Assembly (NCBI GenBank): GCA_964409035.1 | Contig: CAYPBQ010000003.1 | Location: 105,530-169,529 of the forward strand | Direction: 5' to 3' | Length of the DNA stretch: 64,000 nt | Origin: an uncultured Candidatus Saccharibacteria bacterium | GTDB taxonomy: Bacteria; Patescibacteriota; Minisyncoccia; Phycocordibacterales; UBA12088 | Part shown: in pieces, positions 8,900-19,889 of the stretch | How the letters are laid out: every line of letters starts with the position of its first letter | Position numbering within the stretch: the stretch's first letter is position 1 | Notes under the pieces: generated by a model | Databases searched by the model: none | Told to the model about the DNA's origin: nothing | The model's input: the letters and a program-made list of their open reading frames with translations, nothing else | Made by a program: the position numbers and the translations under genes

Positions 8900-10309
8900 C
8901 TAAAACTCCTCAACAGAAGAACCTTGATATGCGCCAAAACTACTTTTTTCAATAGACTGGAAGGTGACTCGCCCCTCATCAAAGTAGAGATCAACTTTTC
9001 CAGTTGGTCCGTTGCGGTGCTTTTCAATTAGTATTTCTGCGATGTTGTTTTTTTCCATGCCGTCTTGCATTTTATCCTCGCGGTGAATAAACATAACGAC
9101 ATCAGCATCTTGCTCGATTGATCCAGAATCGCGAAGGTCTGAGAGTCGTGGTCTACCTCGGCGTTGCTCGACCGCTCTTGAGAGCTGTGAGAGCGCAAGG
9201 ACAGGTACCTCAAGTTCGCGAGCAAGTGCCTTTAATGAGCGTGAGATTTCTGTGACCTGCTGTACGAGGGAGTCGCTTGATCGAGTTGAGGTAGGCGCCA
9301 TAAGCTGGAGGTAATCTACAACAATAAGTCCAAGACCCTTTTCGCGTTTTAGTCTGCGGGCTACTGATCGCATGGTAATAATATTTGCCATCGGTTGATC
9401 ATCAATGAAAATTGGCGCGTTAGAGAGCCTATCAAGTCCTGCGTGGATTTGTTCAAATTCTTCATCGGTTGATAGTTTGCCGGTTCGTAGCTTCCACGCA
9501 TCTACCTTGGCCTCTGCTCCAAGCATACGGTCTACTAATTGCTGCGCGCTCATTTCAAGGGAGAATATTCCAACTGGAATATTATGCTGCACCGCGGCTT
9601 GCCGAGCTATATCGAGGGCGAATGCGGTCTTACCCATGGATGGTCGTGCCGCTAGGATGATTAGGTCTGACTTTTGAAGCCCAGAGAGCTTGTTATCAAG
9701 TTCGCTAAAACCAGTCCGTACCCCTCTAAATTCATTGTCGGACTTATGAAGCCTATCAATACGCTCTATGGTCTCAAATGTGAGTGATCGTATGTCTTGG
9801 AACTTTCGTGATCCGGATATATTAGTGACGTCGTAGATACGCTTCTCAGCTTTGTCGAGCGTCTCATCAAGCTCTCCTGACGCATCAAAGCCTAGCTCTG
9901 AAATATGCTCACCAGCAAATATAAGTCTGCGAAGTACTGCAGATTTTCGCACCAAGTTGGCGTAGTACATTACATTAGACGCGGCAGGAGTCTCAGACAC
10001 AAGCTCGGTTAATTCACTAGCGCCGCCTATTGCTTGCAGTTTCTTCTCCTCCTTGAGGCGAGAGGTGAGTGAGAGAATGTCGATAGGCTCACCCTTGTGA
10101 AAAAGTGAAAGGATTGCGTCAAAGATGGTGCGGTGCTTTGCTACGTAAAAATCATCACTAGAGACAAGGTCTATAACATCATGTATTGCGTCAGGTTTAA
10201 GCATTAACGCACCTAGTAGTGCGCGCTCAGACTCAATATTTTGAGGGGGGACACGGCCGCCTGTAGCCTTTTCAACTGCTTCCTTTCTTTGAAATCGTTC
10301 ATTGGCCAT
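8900..10309 (-). CDS. dnaB: Replicative DNA helicase DnaB
   Basis: AARPSMGKT, VDYLQL, LSQLSR, DLRDSGSIEQDAD, KHRNGPTG; start set at MANERF. Confidence 0.97.
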   Translation of the reverse strand: MANERFQRKEAVEKATGGRVPPQNIESERALLGALMLKPDAIHDVIDLVSSDDFYVAKHRTIFDAILSLFHKGEPIDILSLTSRLKEEKKLQAIGGASELTELVSETPAASNVMYYANLVRKSAVLRRLIFAGEHISELGFDASGELDETLDKAEKRIYDVTNISGSRKFQDIRSLTFETIERIDRLHKSDNEFRGVRTGFSELDNKLSGLQKSDLIILAARPSMGKTAFALDIARQAAVQHNIPVGIFSLEMSAQQLVDRMLGAEAKVDAWKLRTGKLSTDEEFEQIHAGLDRLSNAPIFIDDQPMANIITMRSVARRLKREKGLGLIVVDYLQLMAPTSTRSSDSLVQQVTEISRSLKALARELEVPVLALSQLSRAVEQRRGRPRLSDLRDSGSIEQDADVVMFIHREDKMQDGMEKNNIAEILIEKHRNGPTGKVDLYFDEGRVTFQSIEKSSFGAYQGSSVEEF

Positions 10310-10384
10310 TGCATGCATTGTAGCACATCAGGGCAGGGAGCATTTATATGAAAAAGTCTTATTTTGTGTGTACGAAATGTTGAT

Positions 10385-10416
10385 AAAAAAAGGTCGCCGC
10401 GCTAACCGCGCGGCGA
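10385..10416 (-). terminator. Intrinsic terminator downstream of cysS
   Basis: tcgccgcgc/gcgcggcga stem with an A7 run on + (U-run on -). Confidence 0.6.
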
Positions 10417-10497
10417 TGAATGGAGACAAATGCCAAAGTCAGAGTGTGAGTAGTTGTGGGGCAACTACTGCACGTGTAATTTATAACACTATAGTAA

Positions 10498-11982
10498 CTA
10501 TAAGTCAACCGTTCGTTTGGTGATTTCAAATCCTTTAGGAGTATCAACCATCTCGTAGCCCAAATCGTGTATTTGCTTCCTAAGGGCATCTGCCTCTTCC
10601 CAGTTTTTATTTTCTCGTGCTTGTTCACGTCTTTGTGCAAGCTCTTTAACCTCAGGATTCATGTCTGCTAGCGGGACTACATTAATCGAAAGCATTTCTT
10701 TGATCTTCTTTTTGCTCTGATTAAGTCCAAGGCATAGCACTTTATCCATCTCAAGGAGGGTTGCTCGCTTATCCTTTTTCTCTAGGGTGGTGTCCTTCAC
10801 CATGTCCCACATAATGGCAATAGCCTTAGGGGTATCAAGATCGTCATTGATGGCAACAAGAAATTTGTCCCAGTACGCAGCTAGTGGTTGTCCAGTACGC
10901 TCAGGAAGTTCTTCTACAAAATGGCGTTGCAGCTTGAAAAGTGCCTTTTGCGATGCCTCGAGCGCTTCCCATGTGAAGTTTACTTGTGTGCGATAGTGGC
11001 TAGTAAGGAGAAGGTATCGGTATGCAAGTGGTGAAAATTGCCTCGCAACAATTTGATCGAGGCGAATACTATTTCCAAGTGACTTGGAAATCTTTTTCCC
11101 TTCGATTTTCATAAAATCATTATGCATCCAATACCGCACGTACTTTTTTCCTGAAACACTCTCTGCTTGTGCGATTTCGTTATTGTGATGCACGGCGATA
11201 TGGTCTATGCCGCCAGTGTGTATATCAATTTGTTTTCCAAGGGTGGCAAATATCATTGCGGTGCACTCTACGTGCCATCCTGGAAAGCCCTTTCCCCACG
11301 GAGAATCCCAACCCATGTCAGGGTTCTTTTTCCATAGAGCAAAGTCAGTGGGACTGTGCTTTTCTGTATTTACTTCTAAACGTGTGCCTTCCTTTTGTTC
11401 ATCAATTTTAATGTTACCGAGACGGCCGTATGTGGGGAAGCGTGCCGTATCAAAATAGAGCCCATCTGATGTTTCGTATGCATATCCCTTCTCCTCAAGA
11501 GTTTTGTTTATTGCAATCATGCCGTCAACATGTTCGCTAGCACGTGGAAATCGAATACCCTTTGTATTGATGTGTATAGCCTCAAGGTCTTTGAAAAACG
11601 CATGCATATAATCAGTAGCCAGCGTAAGCATGTTTTCAACTGATATTTCCTTTTCAGCATTTTTAAGTGCTTGCATCATTTTGTCCTCACCACTATCAGC
11701 GTCTGAAGTGAGGTGTCCAAAGTCGGTAATATTGATTACATGGTCTACTGTGTAGCCATTTGCTGTTAGTACACGCCTAAGGGTGTCTGAAAATACATAA
11801 GAGCGAATATTACCTATGTGCACGTAGTCGTAGACGGTGGGGCCGCATGAGTATAGAGATACCTTATTAGGGATCCTTGGCTCAAATATGTCCTTTTTTC
11901 CTGTCTCTGTATTGTAAAGATATACAGGAGGCTTTTGCACCTCCTCTACCACTTCTTTCTTTTTAAAAAATGTACCTAGCAT
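10498..11982 (-). CDS. cysS: Cysteine--tRNA ligase
   Basis: CGPTVY, HIGN, PGWHVEC, DIHTGGID, KISKS. Confidence 0.96.
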   Translation of the reverse strand: MLGTFFKKKEVVEEVQKPPVYLYNTETGKKDIFEPRIPNKVSLYSCGPTVYDYVHIGNIRSYVFSDTLRRVLTANGYTVDHVINITDFGHLTSDADSGEDKMMQALKNAEKEISVENMLTLATDYMHAFFKDLEAIHINTKGIRFPRASEHVDGMIAINKTLEEKGYAYETSDGLYFDTARFPTYGRLGNIKIDEQKEGTRLEVNTEKHSPTDFALWKKNPDMGWDSPWGKGFPGWHVECTAMIFATLGKQIDIHTGGIDHIAVHHNNEIAQAESVSGKKYVRYWMHNDFMKIEGKKISKSLGNSIRLDQIVARQFSPLAYRYLLLTSHYRTQVNFTWEALEASQKALFKLQRHFVEELPERTGQPLAAYWDKFLVAINDDLDTPKAIAIMWDMVKDTTLEKKDKRATLLEMDKVLCLGLNQSKKKIKEMLSINVVPLADMNPEVKELAQRREQARENKNWEEADALRKQIHDLGYEMVDTPKGFEITKRTVDL

Positions 11983-11992
11983 GTCAGTAATG

Positions 11993-12910
11993 TTACAGCC
12001 ACTTTTTATACCAGAAAAATACAAAAAATGAAGCAGACAAGACTGCCATGCCGCTAATGATTATCCAAAAGTCGTGTGGACTTCCTACTATTGGAAGTGA
12101 TTCTGTGTTCATTCCAAAGGTACTGGTGATAAGAGAAAGAGGGAAGGTAACAAATGCCATAATAGTGAGTACCTTCATTATTTCATTTTGCTTGGTGGTA
12201 AGAAGGGAATTATTGGTATCTCGAAGCTCTTTAAGCCATTCGCTGTGAGTTTCTATGTGTCTAAATATTCTATAGTAGTCATTAAGTATGATGTCTATAG
12301 GACGAGAAAAATCCTGCCCAAAAAATGCGTTACTAACGTCCTTAAGTGATGCGAGTATATCTCGATGGGTGGCAAGTGATTGTCTGAGGTTGAGTAAGTT
12401 TCTACCTACTACAGAGAGTTCTACCACCATCTCCTTTTCGTTGCCTGAAAATATATTTTCTTCAATTCGTTCAATGTCATCTCGTATACTTGAGAGCTCG
12501 TGTTCTATTGATTTGTACATCTTTCTTACAATTGTAAAAAAGATGTACCCCGCGTGTTCGCTTGTAGTACCCTTTTCTAATATAGAACCAACTTCAAATA
12601 CTTTTGAAAACTTATGCAAAGGGTCAATCGTCTCGTAGCGATTGGTGATGATAAAGTCTTTACCGATTACAAAATCAATTTCCTGGTCGTCGTTGTTATA
12701 GGTGTGGGTATGCTTTAGTGCAGGAAAATGTAGCACCAAGTAAAGGTAATTTTCTCTACTCTCTACAAACGGCCGTCTAGTCGGAGAGAGGAGATCATTT
12801 GCGGTGTCGGGATGTAGGGAGAACTCACTCATTAAAGAGCGGACCTCATCCTCCTTTGGAGACTCTACATCAATCCATTGTAGTGACCCGTACGCGTGTT
12901 TGGTAATCAT
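11993..12910 (-). CDS. corA: CorA family Mg2+ transporter
   Basis: NEIMKVLT...FGMN signature and two C-terminal TMs; start reassigned to MITKH. Confidence 0.9.
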   Translation of the reverse strand: MITKHAYGSLQWIDVESPKEDEVRSLMSEFSLHPDTANDLLSPTRRPFVESRENYLYLVLHFPALKHTHTYNNDDQEIDFVIGKDFIITNRYETIDPLHKFSKVFEVGSILEKGTTSEHAGYIFFTIVRKMYKSIEHELSSIRDDIERIEENIFSGNEKEMVVELSVVGRNLLNLRQSLATHRDILASLKDVSNAFFGQDFSRPIDIILNDYYRIFRHIETHSEWLKELRDTNNSLLTTKQNEIMKVLTIMAFVTFPLSLITSTFGMNTESLPIVGSPHDFWIIISGMAVLSASFFVFFWYKKWL

Positions 12911-13004
12911 TGATATAAGTATAGCTAATACGTCTTTAAAAACAAAGAATATACGCATCACTTGCGTTGACGTGGTGTAACAATTTTGGGATACTAACCA
13001 CATT

Positions 13005-14282
13005 ATGGAACCAGAACATACCCCAATGGATAAGTCTTCGAAAGCCTCAATTATCACTAAATTTGCAGAAGGAGGGGTAGCCTTTCTCCTTGTTGTTACT
13101 GTTGCGTTTGGCGCTGGATTTTTACTTGGAGGAAAGCAGACAACTACTAATGCAGAGGTGATTTACTCATTTTGGGGAGATCTTAACGAGGTGCAACCAG
13201 AGGGTGTTGACTTCGGTCCATTTTTTAAGGCATGGAATTTGCTAAAGGATAAGTACGTACCTTCTACCGCCTCTAGTACACAAGCTATTTCTGATGAAGA
13301 CCTTATGTGGGGAGCCATTCAAGGACTTACCGCAAGTTATGGGGACCCTTACACTGCGTTTCTTCCTCCTGTAGAAAATAAGCTTTTTGAAGAGGACATA
13401 CAAGGATCATTTGGTGGTGTAGGCATGGAGATTGGTATTCGTGAAGAAGTGCTCACGGTAATTTCTCCACTCAAGGATTCTCCAGCTGAAAAGGCAGGCC
13501 TGCGACCTGGGGACAAAATTATTGCAATTAATGGAGTATCTACACAAGGTATTACTATTGAGAAGGGTGTACTAAGCATCCGAGGCGAAGTAGGAACTAC
13601 CGTAGTGCTTACCATTATTAGAGATGGTGGAGCTCCACAAGAAATTTCGGTGGTTCGCGGTACCATCAATATTCCTACCCTTAAAACACAAATGCGTAGT
13701 GATGGAATTTTTGAAATTTCTCTCTATAGCTTTGGCGCTACATCACCTGAGTTGTTTAGAAATGCCATGAGGACATTTACCGAAAGCGGTAGCAATAAGC
13801 TCTTGCTTGATCTAAGAGGTAATCCAGGGGGTTATCTTGAAGCAGCAGTTGATATGGCAAGTTGGTTCCTCCCTGTTGGAGAGGTGGTGGTACAAGAGCA
13901 TTTTGGTGATGGTTCGGTGCCTCGCATGTATAGATCTAAGGGATATGATGTGGTTGGTGATGATCTTCAAATGGTTATACTGGTTGATCAAGGATCGGCA
14001 TCAGCATCTGAAATACTTGCCGGCGCGCTCAAGGAGCATGGTGTTGCAACTCTTATTGGAGAAAAGACCTTCGGAAAGGGATCAGTACAAGAGCTTATTT
14101 CAGTTACAGATAGCACTTCAATAAAAATTACTGTTGCTCGTTGGCTCACGCCGCTTGGACACTCAATCTCAGAGAGCGGTCTTACCCCTGATTATATTGA
14201 GACTATTACACCAGAGAGTCTAAAAGAGGGCAGAGACCTCCAGAAAGAGCGCGCGGTGAAGTTTCTTCTACAGGGCTTCTAA
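13005..14282 (+). CDS. ctpA: S41 carboxyl-terminal processing protease
   Basis: PDZ domain, DLRGNPGG, SASASEI, GEKTFGKGSVQ. Confidence 0.92.
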   Translation: MEPEHTPMDKSSKASIITKFAEGGVAFLLVVTVAFGAGFLLGGKQTTTNAEVIYSFWGDLNEVQPEGVDFGPFFKAWNLLKDKYVPSTASSTQAISDEDLMWGAIQGLTASYGDPYTAFLPPVENKLFEEDIQGSFGGVGMEIGIREEVLTVISPLKDSPAEKAGLRPGDKIIAINGVSTQGITIEKGVLSIRGEVGTTVVLTIIRDGGAPQEISVVRGTINIPTLKTQMRSDGIFEISLYSFGATSPELFRNAMRTFTESGSNKLLLDLRGNPGGYLEAAVDMASWFLPVGEVVVQEHFGDGSVPRMYRSKGYDVVGDDLQMVILVDQGSASASEILAGALKEHGVATLIGEKTFGKGSVQELISVTDSTSIKITVARWLTPLGHSISESGLTPDYIETITPESLKEGRDLQKERAVKFLLQGF

Positions 14283-14319
14283 TACTCGGTAGCACATTAT
14301 TTGTACTCTACACACTGTT

Positions 14320-14763
14320 ATGAAAGTTATTCTACTTAGAGACATCCCAAAGATCGGAAAGAAGTATGAAGTAAAAGAGGTGAGCGAAGGCTATGCGCAA
14401 AACTTTCTTTTCCCAAAAAAGTACGCTGAAGTTGCAACACAAAGTAAGGTTGCTAAACTCGAGGAGCAAAGGATTGCCTCTACTGCAACACAAAAGCTTC
14501 AGCATGAGTTGTTTGTAAAGACAATAACATCACTGGATGGGCTAACGCTTGCTATGCATGCAAAAGTAAATGACAAAGGTCATCTTTATGAGGGATTACA
14601 CAAGGAGGCTATTATAGCTGCTCTGCTAGAGCAAAACGGTGTACGCCTTAGCCCGGATCATATTGCGCTCTCACAACCTCTAAAGACTGTAGGGGACCAT
14701 GCGATAGTGGTGGGTACAAAAGAAGTGTCAGCAACAATTACAGTTGCTATACAAGCACACTAA
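14320..14763 (+). CDS. rplI: 50S ribosomal protein L9
   Basis: MKVILLRD..GYAQNFLFPK. Confidence 0.94.
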   Translation: MKVILLRDIPKIGKKYEVKEVSEGYAQNFLFPKKYAEVATQSKVAKLEEQRIASTATQKLQHELFVKTITSLDGLTLAMHAKVNDKGHLYEGLHKEAIIAALLEQNGVRLSPDHIALSQPLKTVGDHAIVVGTKEVSATITVAIQAH

Positions 14764-14788
14764 AATAGGTTGATTACATACCACCATC

Positions 14789-14829
14789 AAAAACTAAAAA
14801 CCACCCTGTTGGGGTGGTTTTTAGTTTTT
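14789..14829. terminator. Bidirectional terminator (rplI/rpmA)
   Basis: aaaaactaaaaaccaccc-tgttg-gggtggtttttagttttt. Confidence 0.8.
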
Positions 14830-14842
14830 ACATTTAAGAGGA

Positions 14843-15115
14843 CTATGTGACGTTTATTACCTTCTTTACCTGGGTCTTTCCGTTAAAGGATGTTTTTCTG
14901 CGTGAGGTAATACTCACTACACCTTCTTTGGTAGCAAATAGCGTATGGTCTTTACCCATAGAAACATTTTTACCAGCTTCCATTCTAGAACCACGTTGGC
15001 GAAGGAGTATTGCTCCTGGCCATGCCTTCTCACCAGAATACTTCTTTACACCAAGGTATTTTGGGTTTGAATCTCTTAGGTTTTTTGCGGTTCCGCCTGC
15101 TTTTCTATGTGCCAT
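14843..15115 (-). CDS. rpmA: 50S ribosomal protein L27
   Basis: [27 protein letters not shown]. Confidence 0.96.
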   Translation of the reverse strand: MAHRKAGGTAKNLRDSNPKYLGVKKYSGEKAWPGAILLRQRGSRMEAGKNVSMGKDHTLFATKEGVVSITSRRKTSFNGKTQVKKVINVT

Positions 15116-15153
15116 GGTGGTTTAATGTGCCTAAAATACTATATAATTGAAGT

Positions 15154-15513
15154 ATGAGAACTATACCAGAAATGGTAAAAATGGGCAAGCAAGCCATTAA
15201 TCAGGCATTAAAGGGTACTACACTTACCTTTATACTAGTGGCGCTTGTGGGGGTAGCGTCATTTGGGCTTGGAAGGCTATCTATGATAGATAGATCGCAT
15301 GTTATTTCACTTCAGAGTGCTCCACTTCGTGATGGGCAGCTTGCGCTAGTAATGGGAGGCAAATTTGTCGCGTCTAAAAAAGGCTCAGCATACTACTTTC
15401 CGTGGTGTGTAGGGGCAGAGCGAATTAATGCTTCAAATATGGTATGGTTTACATCAAGAGAAGATGCAGAGAAAGCAGGGTATGTGCCTGCAAAAAATTG
15501 CAGTGGACTATAA
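15154..15513 (+). CDS. Membrane-anchored protein with Ada-metal-binding-like domain
   Basis: TM then FVASKKGSAYYFPWC...FTSREDAEKAGYVPAKNC. Confidence 0.65.
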   Translation: MRTIPEMVKMGKQAINQALKGTTLTFILVALVGVASFGLGRLSMIDRSHVISLQSAPLRDGQLALVMGGKFVASKKGSAYYFPWCVGAERINASNMVWFTSREDAEKAGYVPAKNCSGL

Positions 15514-15534
15514 GAAAGTAATACATACGACACC

Positions 15535-16125
15535 ATGATAGTACTTGATATTGAGGCAAGCGGAACAGAATATGATGTACACTCTATTGTATCGTTAGGA
15601 GCACTTGAACTTACTAACCCTACTAATCGTTTTTACCTCGAGTGTCGTGTGTGGGAAGGTGCAGATATCATGGAAGAAGCCTTAGCGGTTAATGGATTTA
15701 CTGTTGACCAGATTACTGATATTACAAAACCGACTGAAGAGGAATTGCTACGAGCATTTCTCGCATGGGCGGAACCAATTCGTGACAAAACTCTAGCGGG
15801 ACAAAATGTCTCATTTGATAGAGATTATATTAAGGCAGCGTGTAAGCGAGCAGGTGTTAACTTTCCTTTTGCGTATAGAACTATAGACACGCACACACTT
15901 GCCTACATGCACATGGTTACGCGTGGGGTTACTCCGCCATTTGATGAGGCAAAGCATAGAACAGCGCTCAATTTAGATGCGGTACTAAATTATGTTGGTA
16001 TTGCCGATGAACCAGAGCCTCACAATGCTCTTACAGGAGCGTTATCGCATGCTGAGGTTATCTCAAGACTTTTGTATGGAAAGAAACTTCTCCCGGAGTT
16101 TTCGGGTGACGAGATTCCATTTTAG
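15535..16125 (+). CDS. DEDDh 3'-5' exonuclease
   Basis: LDIEASG (ExoI), QNVSFD (ExoII), HNALTGA (ExoIII variant). Confidence 0.82.
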   Translation: MIVLDIEASGTEYDVHSIVSLGALELTNPTNRFYLECRVWEGADIMEEALAVNGFTVDQITDITKPTEEELLRAFLAWAEPIRDKTLAGQNVSFDRDYIKAACKRAGVNFPFAYRTIDTHTLAYMHMVTRGVTPPFDEAKHRTALNLDAVLNYVGIADEPEPHNALTGALSHAEVISRLLYGKKLLPEFSGDEIPF

Positions 16126-16134
16126 CATTACGCC

Positions 16135-17529
16135 ATGAGTGACCATCCTACGGTGATTGTTGTATTGGGAGGTACGGGAGACCTTGCAAAAACCAAGCTC
16201 ATACCCGCACTCTTTGATCTATACATGGCAGGATGCCTGCCTGATGATTTTGTTATTATTGGCGTCTCAAGAAAAACTTTTTCTCATGATGAGTATGCGC
16301 ATATTGTGAGTGAGTCGATTAGAAAGAGGGAAGGAGTACGTGATGCGCTGCCTGAGTTTCTTTCGCATCTTCAATTTCTTCACGGGGCGCTTGATGAAGG
16401 TGCTGATTACGAAACCCTCTCAAAAGAATTACACCGTTTAGATAGTATGCGAGGGGTATGCATGAACAAACTCTTCTATTTGGCCACGCAACCTAATTTG
16501 TACGCGCCAATTTTTCAAAATCTTGCGCATTCGGGACTTTCAATTGGATGCGTTCACCCTCATGAGGGGTGGGTTCGTATTGTGGTCGAAAAACCATTTG
16601 GCAATGATCTAACTACTGCAATACAGCTTGATGAGACACTTGGATTACTTTTTAAGGAAGAGCAGATTTTTAGAATGGATCATTACCTTGCAAAGGAATC
16701 ACTCGAGAATATTCTTGCATTTCGGTTTGGTAATAGCTTGTTTGAGCCTTTGTGGAGCAATGAACATATAGCGCGAATCGAAGTTAAATTGTTTGAATCA
16801 AAAGGAATTGAAGGGAGAGAATCCTTCTTTGAAGGGGTAGGGCAACTTAAGGACGTTGGACAAAATCATGTATTGCAAATGCTTGCGGTCACCTTGATGG
16901 ATGATCCTAAGGCACTTACCGCATCTGCAGTAAGGAGTGCTCGCGCAAATGTGTTAGGTTCGCTTACCCATTCAGCGGACACACTCTTGGTAAAGGGGCA
17001 ATATAGGGGATACAAAGGTAGCGCGCCAGAGGTGTTACCATCAACAGATACGTATTTTAAAATACAAGCAGAAGTTGAATCACCACGCTGGAGAGGTGTG
17101 CCAATTATCTTAGAGTCTGGCAAGGCGCTTGATAGAGATGAGGTGTCAGTTGAAGTGGTGTTTAAGGAGAAAGACACATTTCTTATTGATACATCTGACA
17201 CCACGTATGTTCAAAACAAAGTTATTTTTAGGATACAACCTAATCCAGCAATTATTGTACGATTTTGGACTAAAAAGCCCGGTTATGTGATGAATATAGA
17301 ATCACAAGATGCGGTATTTCCTATTTTGCAGCAGCCAACCCCACGTCTTAGAGATGCGTATGAAAAAATTTTATTGGATGCATTAATGGGCGATCAGATG
17401 CTATTTGCCTCAAGTAAGGAGGTGCAAGACGCGTGGTCGTTTATAACTCCAATACTTGAAAGGTGGAAGGATGTGACCCCCATTATGTATGAGCGCGGTG
17501 CAACCCCTGATAGTATTTCTCTGCCATGA
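16135..17529 (+). CDS. zwf: Glucose-6-phosphate dehydrogenase
   Basis: GGTGDLA, EKPFG, RMDHYLAKE, DVGQNH. Confidence 0.95.
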   Translation: MSDHPTVIVVLGGTGDLAKTKLIPALFDLYMAGCLPDDFVIIGVSRKTFSHDEYAHIVSESIRKREGVRDALPEFLSHLQFLHGALDEGADYETLSKELHRLDSMRGVCMNKLFYLATQPNLYAPIFQNLAHSGLSIGCVHPHEGWVRIVVEKPFGNDLTTAIQLDETLGLLFKEEQIFRMDHYLAKESLENILAFRFGNSLFEPLWSNEHIARIEVKLFESKGIEGRESFFEGVGQLKDVGQNHVLQMLAVTLMDDPKALTASAVRSARANVLGSLTHSADTLLVKGQYRGYKGSAPEVLPSTDTYFKIQAEVESPRWRGVPIILESGKALDRDEVSVEVVFKEKDTFLIDTSDTTYVQNKVIFRIQPNPAIIVRFWTKKPGYVMNIESQDAVFPILQQPTPRLRDAYEKILLDALMGDQMLFASSKEVQDAWSFITPILERWKDVTPIMYERGATPDSISLP

Positions 17530-18233
17530 AGATAGTATCTCATCATGATGGTGAGACATTGGCTAAGGAAGCCGCACGTCTACTAGAAGAGAGTATACAT
17601 GCTCACAGTGGTGATGGAGTGCTTGTATTACTTTCGGGCGGCTCTGCACTATCGGTTATTGAGTATCTATCGCCAGATATATTTACAAATGGGTGCACCG
17701 TATCCGTTGTTGATGAGCGATATACTGAAGAAAAGGATCATGTAAATTTTTACAATGCATCAGTGCGACTGCATGAAAAGAGTATAACGGTATCAAATGC
17801 AATAGACACATCATGTATTGCCGGCGAATCATTTGATGAGTACGTGAAGAGGATTAATGCTGCTCATAGAGAGTGGAGACAGGCTCATCCTAACGCAAGG
17901 ATAGTAGGTCTCTTTGGTATAGGTGAAGATGGGCATACTGCAGGTATCTTTCCTGCTACTGTGAATGAATTTAAACAATACGAGAGCATGGATGCCTTTG
18001 TGCCAGTGCCTTATGGCAATATGCACGCGCCGTATTGTCATAGAATAACCGCGTCATTACCATTTATACGCAGTATTAGTGAGGCGGTAGTGTATGTGGT
18101 TGGTGATAATAAGCGTAATGCAGTCAACAATTTTCTTTCGGATGAAGGTCATGTATCAAGTACGCCAGCACGGATACTAAGGGAGATACCACAGGTGACA
18201 TTATGTACAAGCGTAAACACCCTCATGATATAA
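17526..18233 (+). CDS. pgl: 6-phosphogluconolactonase
   Basis: LSGGS, VDER, GIGEDGHTAGIFP; ATGA overlap with zwf. Confidence 0.88.
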   Translation: MKIVSHHDGETLAKEAARLLEESIHAHSGDGVLVLLSGGSALSVIEYLSPDIFTNGCTVSVVDERYTEEKDHVNFYNASVRLHEKSITVSNAIDTSCIAGESFDEYVKRINAAHREWRQAHPNARIVGLFGIGEDGHTAGIFPATVNEFKQYESMDAFVPVPYGNMHAPYCHRITASLPFIRSISEAVVYVVGDNKRNAVNNFLSDEGHVSSTPARILREIPQVTLCTSVNTLMI

Positions 18234-18240
18234 TAATTTC

Positions 18241-18963
18241 ATGTCGTTTTTACGTAAAAAAACATTGGAAAAGTTTACCGAGAAAAAGCCTTCACAAGGA
18301 AGCGTTTGCAGAATAGATGACGAATTACTTACAGAAGGAGATACAGAAAAATCATGGAGAGTGTTCAAGATAATGGCTGAATTTGTTTCAGGATTTGAAG
18401 TGTTAAAGAAGTACGGACTTGCTGCAACGTTTTTTGGTACGGCTCGCTGTAAAGATGGTGATGTTGATTGTAAGATGGCACGTGACCTAGCCCACAGGTT
18501 AAGTGATGATGGATTTGCAATTATAACTGGTGGTGGAGGAGGTGTGATGAGCGCTGCTAATCGCGGCGCGTATGAGGCTGGAGGGCACTCTATTGGTCTT
18601 AATATTCATTTACCAGAGGAGCAGCGCATCAATTCGTATGTAACTGATAGCAGGAGCTTCCACTACTTTTTTATTCGAAAGGTGATGCTCTCATACGCAT
18701 CTGAGGTGTACATATTTATGCCAGGCGGATTTGGAACTCTCGATGAGTTCTTTGAAATTCTTACCCTTGTACAAACAAAAAAGATAACTACTATCCCAAT
18801 TATCTTAGTCGGAAAAAAGTATTGGACACCACTTATTACCTGGATGCAGGAAATGTTGTACGAGCAAAAAAAATATATCAACAAGGAAGATATCAATCTT
18901 TTCCATCTTGTTGATTCTGTTGATGAGGCGCATGAGCTTATTAGAACATTAGTGCCACACTAG
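18241..18963 (+). CDS. LOG family (TIGR00730) nucleotide phosphoribohydrolase-like protein
   Basis: ITGGGGGVM, FFIRKVML, PGGFGTLDE. Confidence 0.9.
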   Translation: MSFLRKKTLEKFTEKKPSQGSVCRIDDELLTEGDTEKSWRVFKIMAEFVSGFEVLKKYGLAATFFGTARCKDGDVDCKMARDLAHRLSDDGFAIITGGGGGVMSAANRGAYEAGGHSIGLNIHLPEEQRINSYVTDSRSFHYFFIRKVMLSYASEVYIFMPGGFGTLDEFFEILTLVQTKKITTIPIILVGKKYWTPLITWMQEMLYEQKKYINKEDINLFHLVDSVDEAHELIRTLVPH

Positions 18964-18966
18964 TTT

Positions 18967-19887
18967 ATGTCATATGCTGAGAAACTCGCCTCATTTACTG
19001 AGGATGCACTGCCGGATCTTACTGTCGTAACTCGTGGGGCGCTTGAGCTTTTTGAACAAGGTACCATACCATCAACTCAAGTAATTACGCCAAGCACTCT
19101 TGTGGTGGGAAGCGGAAACGCACTATCTGTGGGTCGTATTATTTCTCATGATAAAGCATTTTACGCAGACGAAACCAACTACAGAGAAGTATTTACAGAC
19201 AAGAAAGGAATGATCGATACCGTGATGCTTATATCCGCATCTGGAGGTAAGCACTCTGTTGAAATTGCAGAATTCTTTAAGGATAAGGGAATACCACTCT
19301 TTCTTTATACCAACAACGCAGCACCACTTGCGGGCGCGCATGTCCCTAAGGAAAACATCTTGGTATTTCCTAAGAATAGGGAACCATACACCTACAATGT
19401 GTCCACCTACCTTGGAATGATTTTGAGCGAAACCAAGGAGAATCCAAACGAAATTCAAAGTCATATTGACGCGGTGCTGCCATCCTTGCCTCAGAATTTT
19501 TCTTCGTACGACTCATTTTTCTTCTTGTTGCCACCTACATATAGGCTAGTTGGCCCTATGTTGTTGACCAAATTTGATGAATTATTTGGTTCACGCGTGA
19601 CGGCTCGAGCATTTACCATTGAGGAGGCAAAACACGCAAAGACTCTTGTACCAAATGAAAAAGAACTTTTTATTAGTATTGGAGTACCATACAACCCTTT
19701 TACAGATAGTGGGGTTGTGGTGCCTATGCCGCCAGAATCAGATTATGCTGCGTATATGTGCACCGCGTACGCAATTATTGGCATGATACAATCGCAACAT
19801 CCACCGTACTACACTGAGCACATAAAAGAGTATGTAAAAAAGTCTTCAGAAGCATTTGGACAGCATATATCTGTAATTGTTAGCTAA
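18967..19887 (+). CDS. SIS-domain sugar-phosphate isomerase-like protein
   Basis: VGSGNA and ISASGG SIS motifs, EEAKH; sugar-cluster context. Confidence 0.6.
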   Translation: MSYAEKLASFTEDALPDLTVVTRGALELFEQGTIPSTQVITPSTLVVGSGNALSVGRIISHDKAFYADETNYREVFTDKKGMIDTVMLISASGGKHSVEIAEFFKDKGIPLFLYTNNAAPLAGAHVPKENILVFPKNREPYTYNVSTYLGMILSETKENPNEIQSHIDAVLPSLPQNFSSYDSFFFLLPPTYRLVGPMLLTKFDELFGSRVTARAFTIEEAKHAKTLVPNEKELFISIGVPYNPFTDSGVVVPMPPESDYAAYMCTAYAIIGMIQSQHPPYYTEHIKEYVKKSSEAFGQHISVIVS

Positions 19888-19889
19888 TT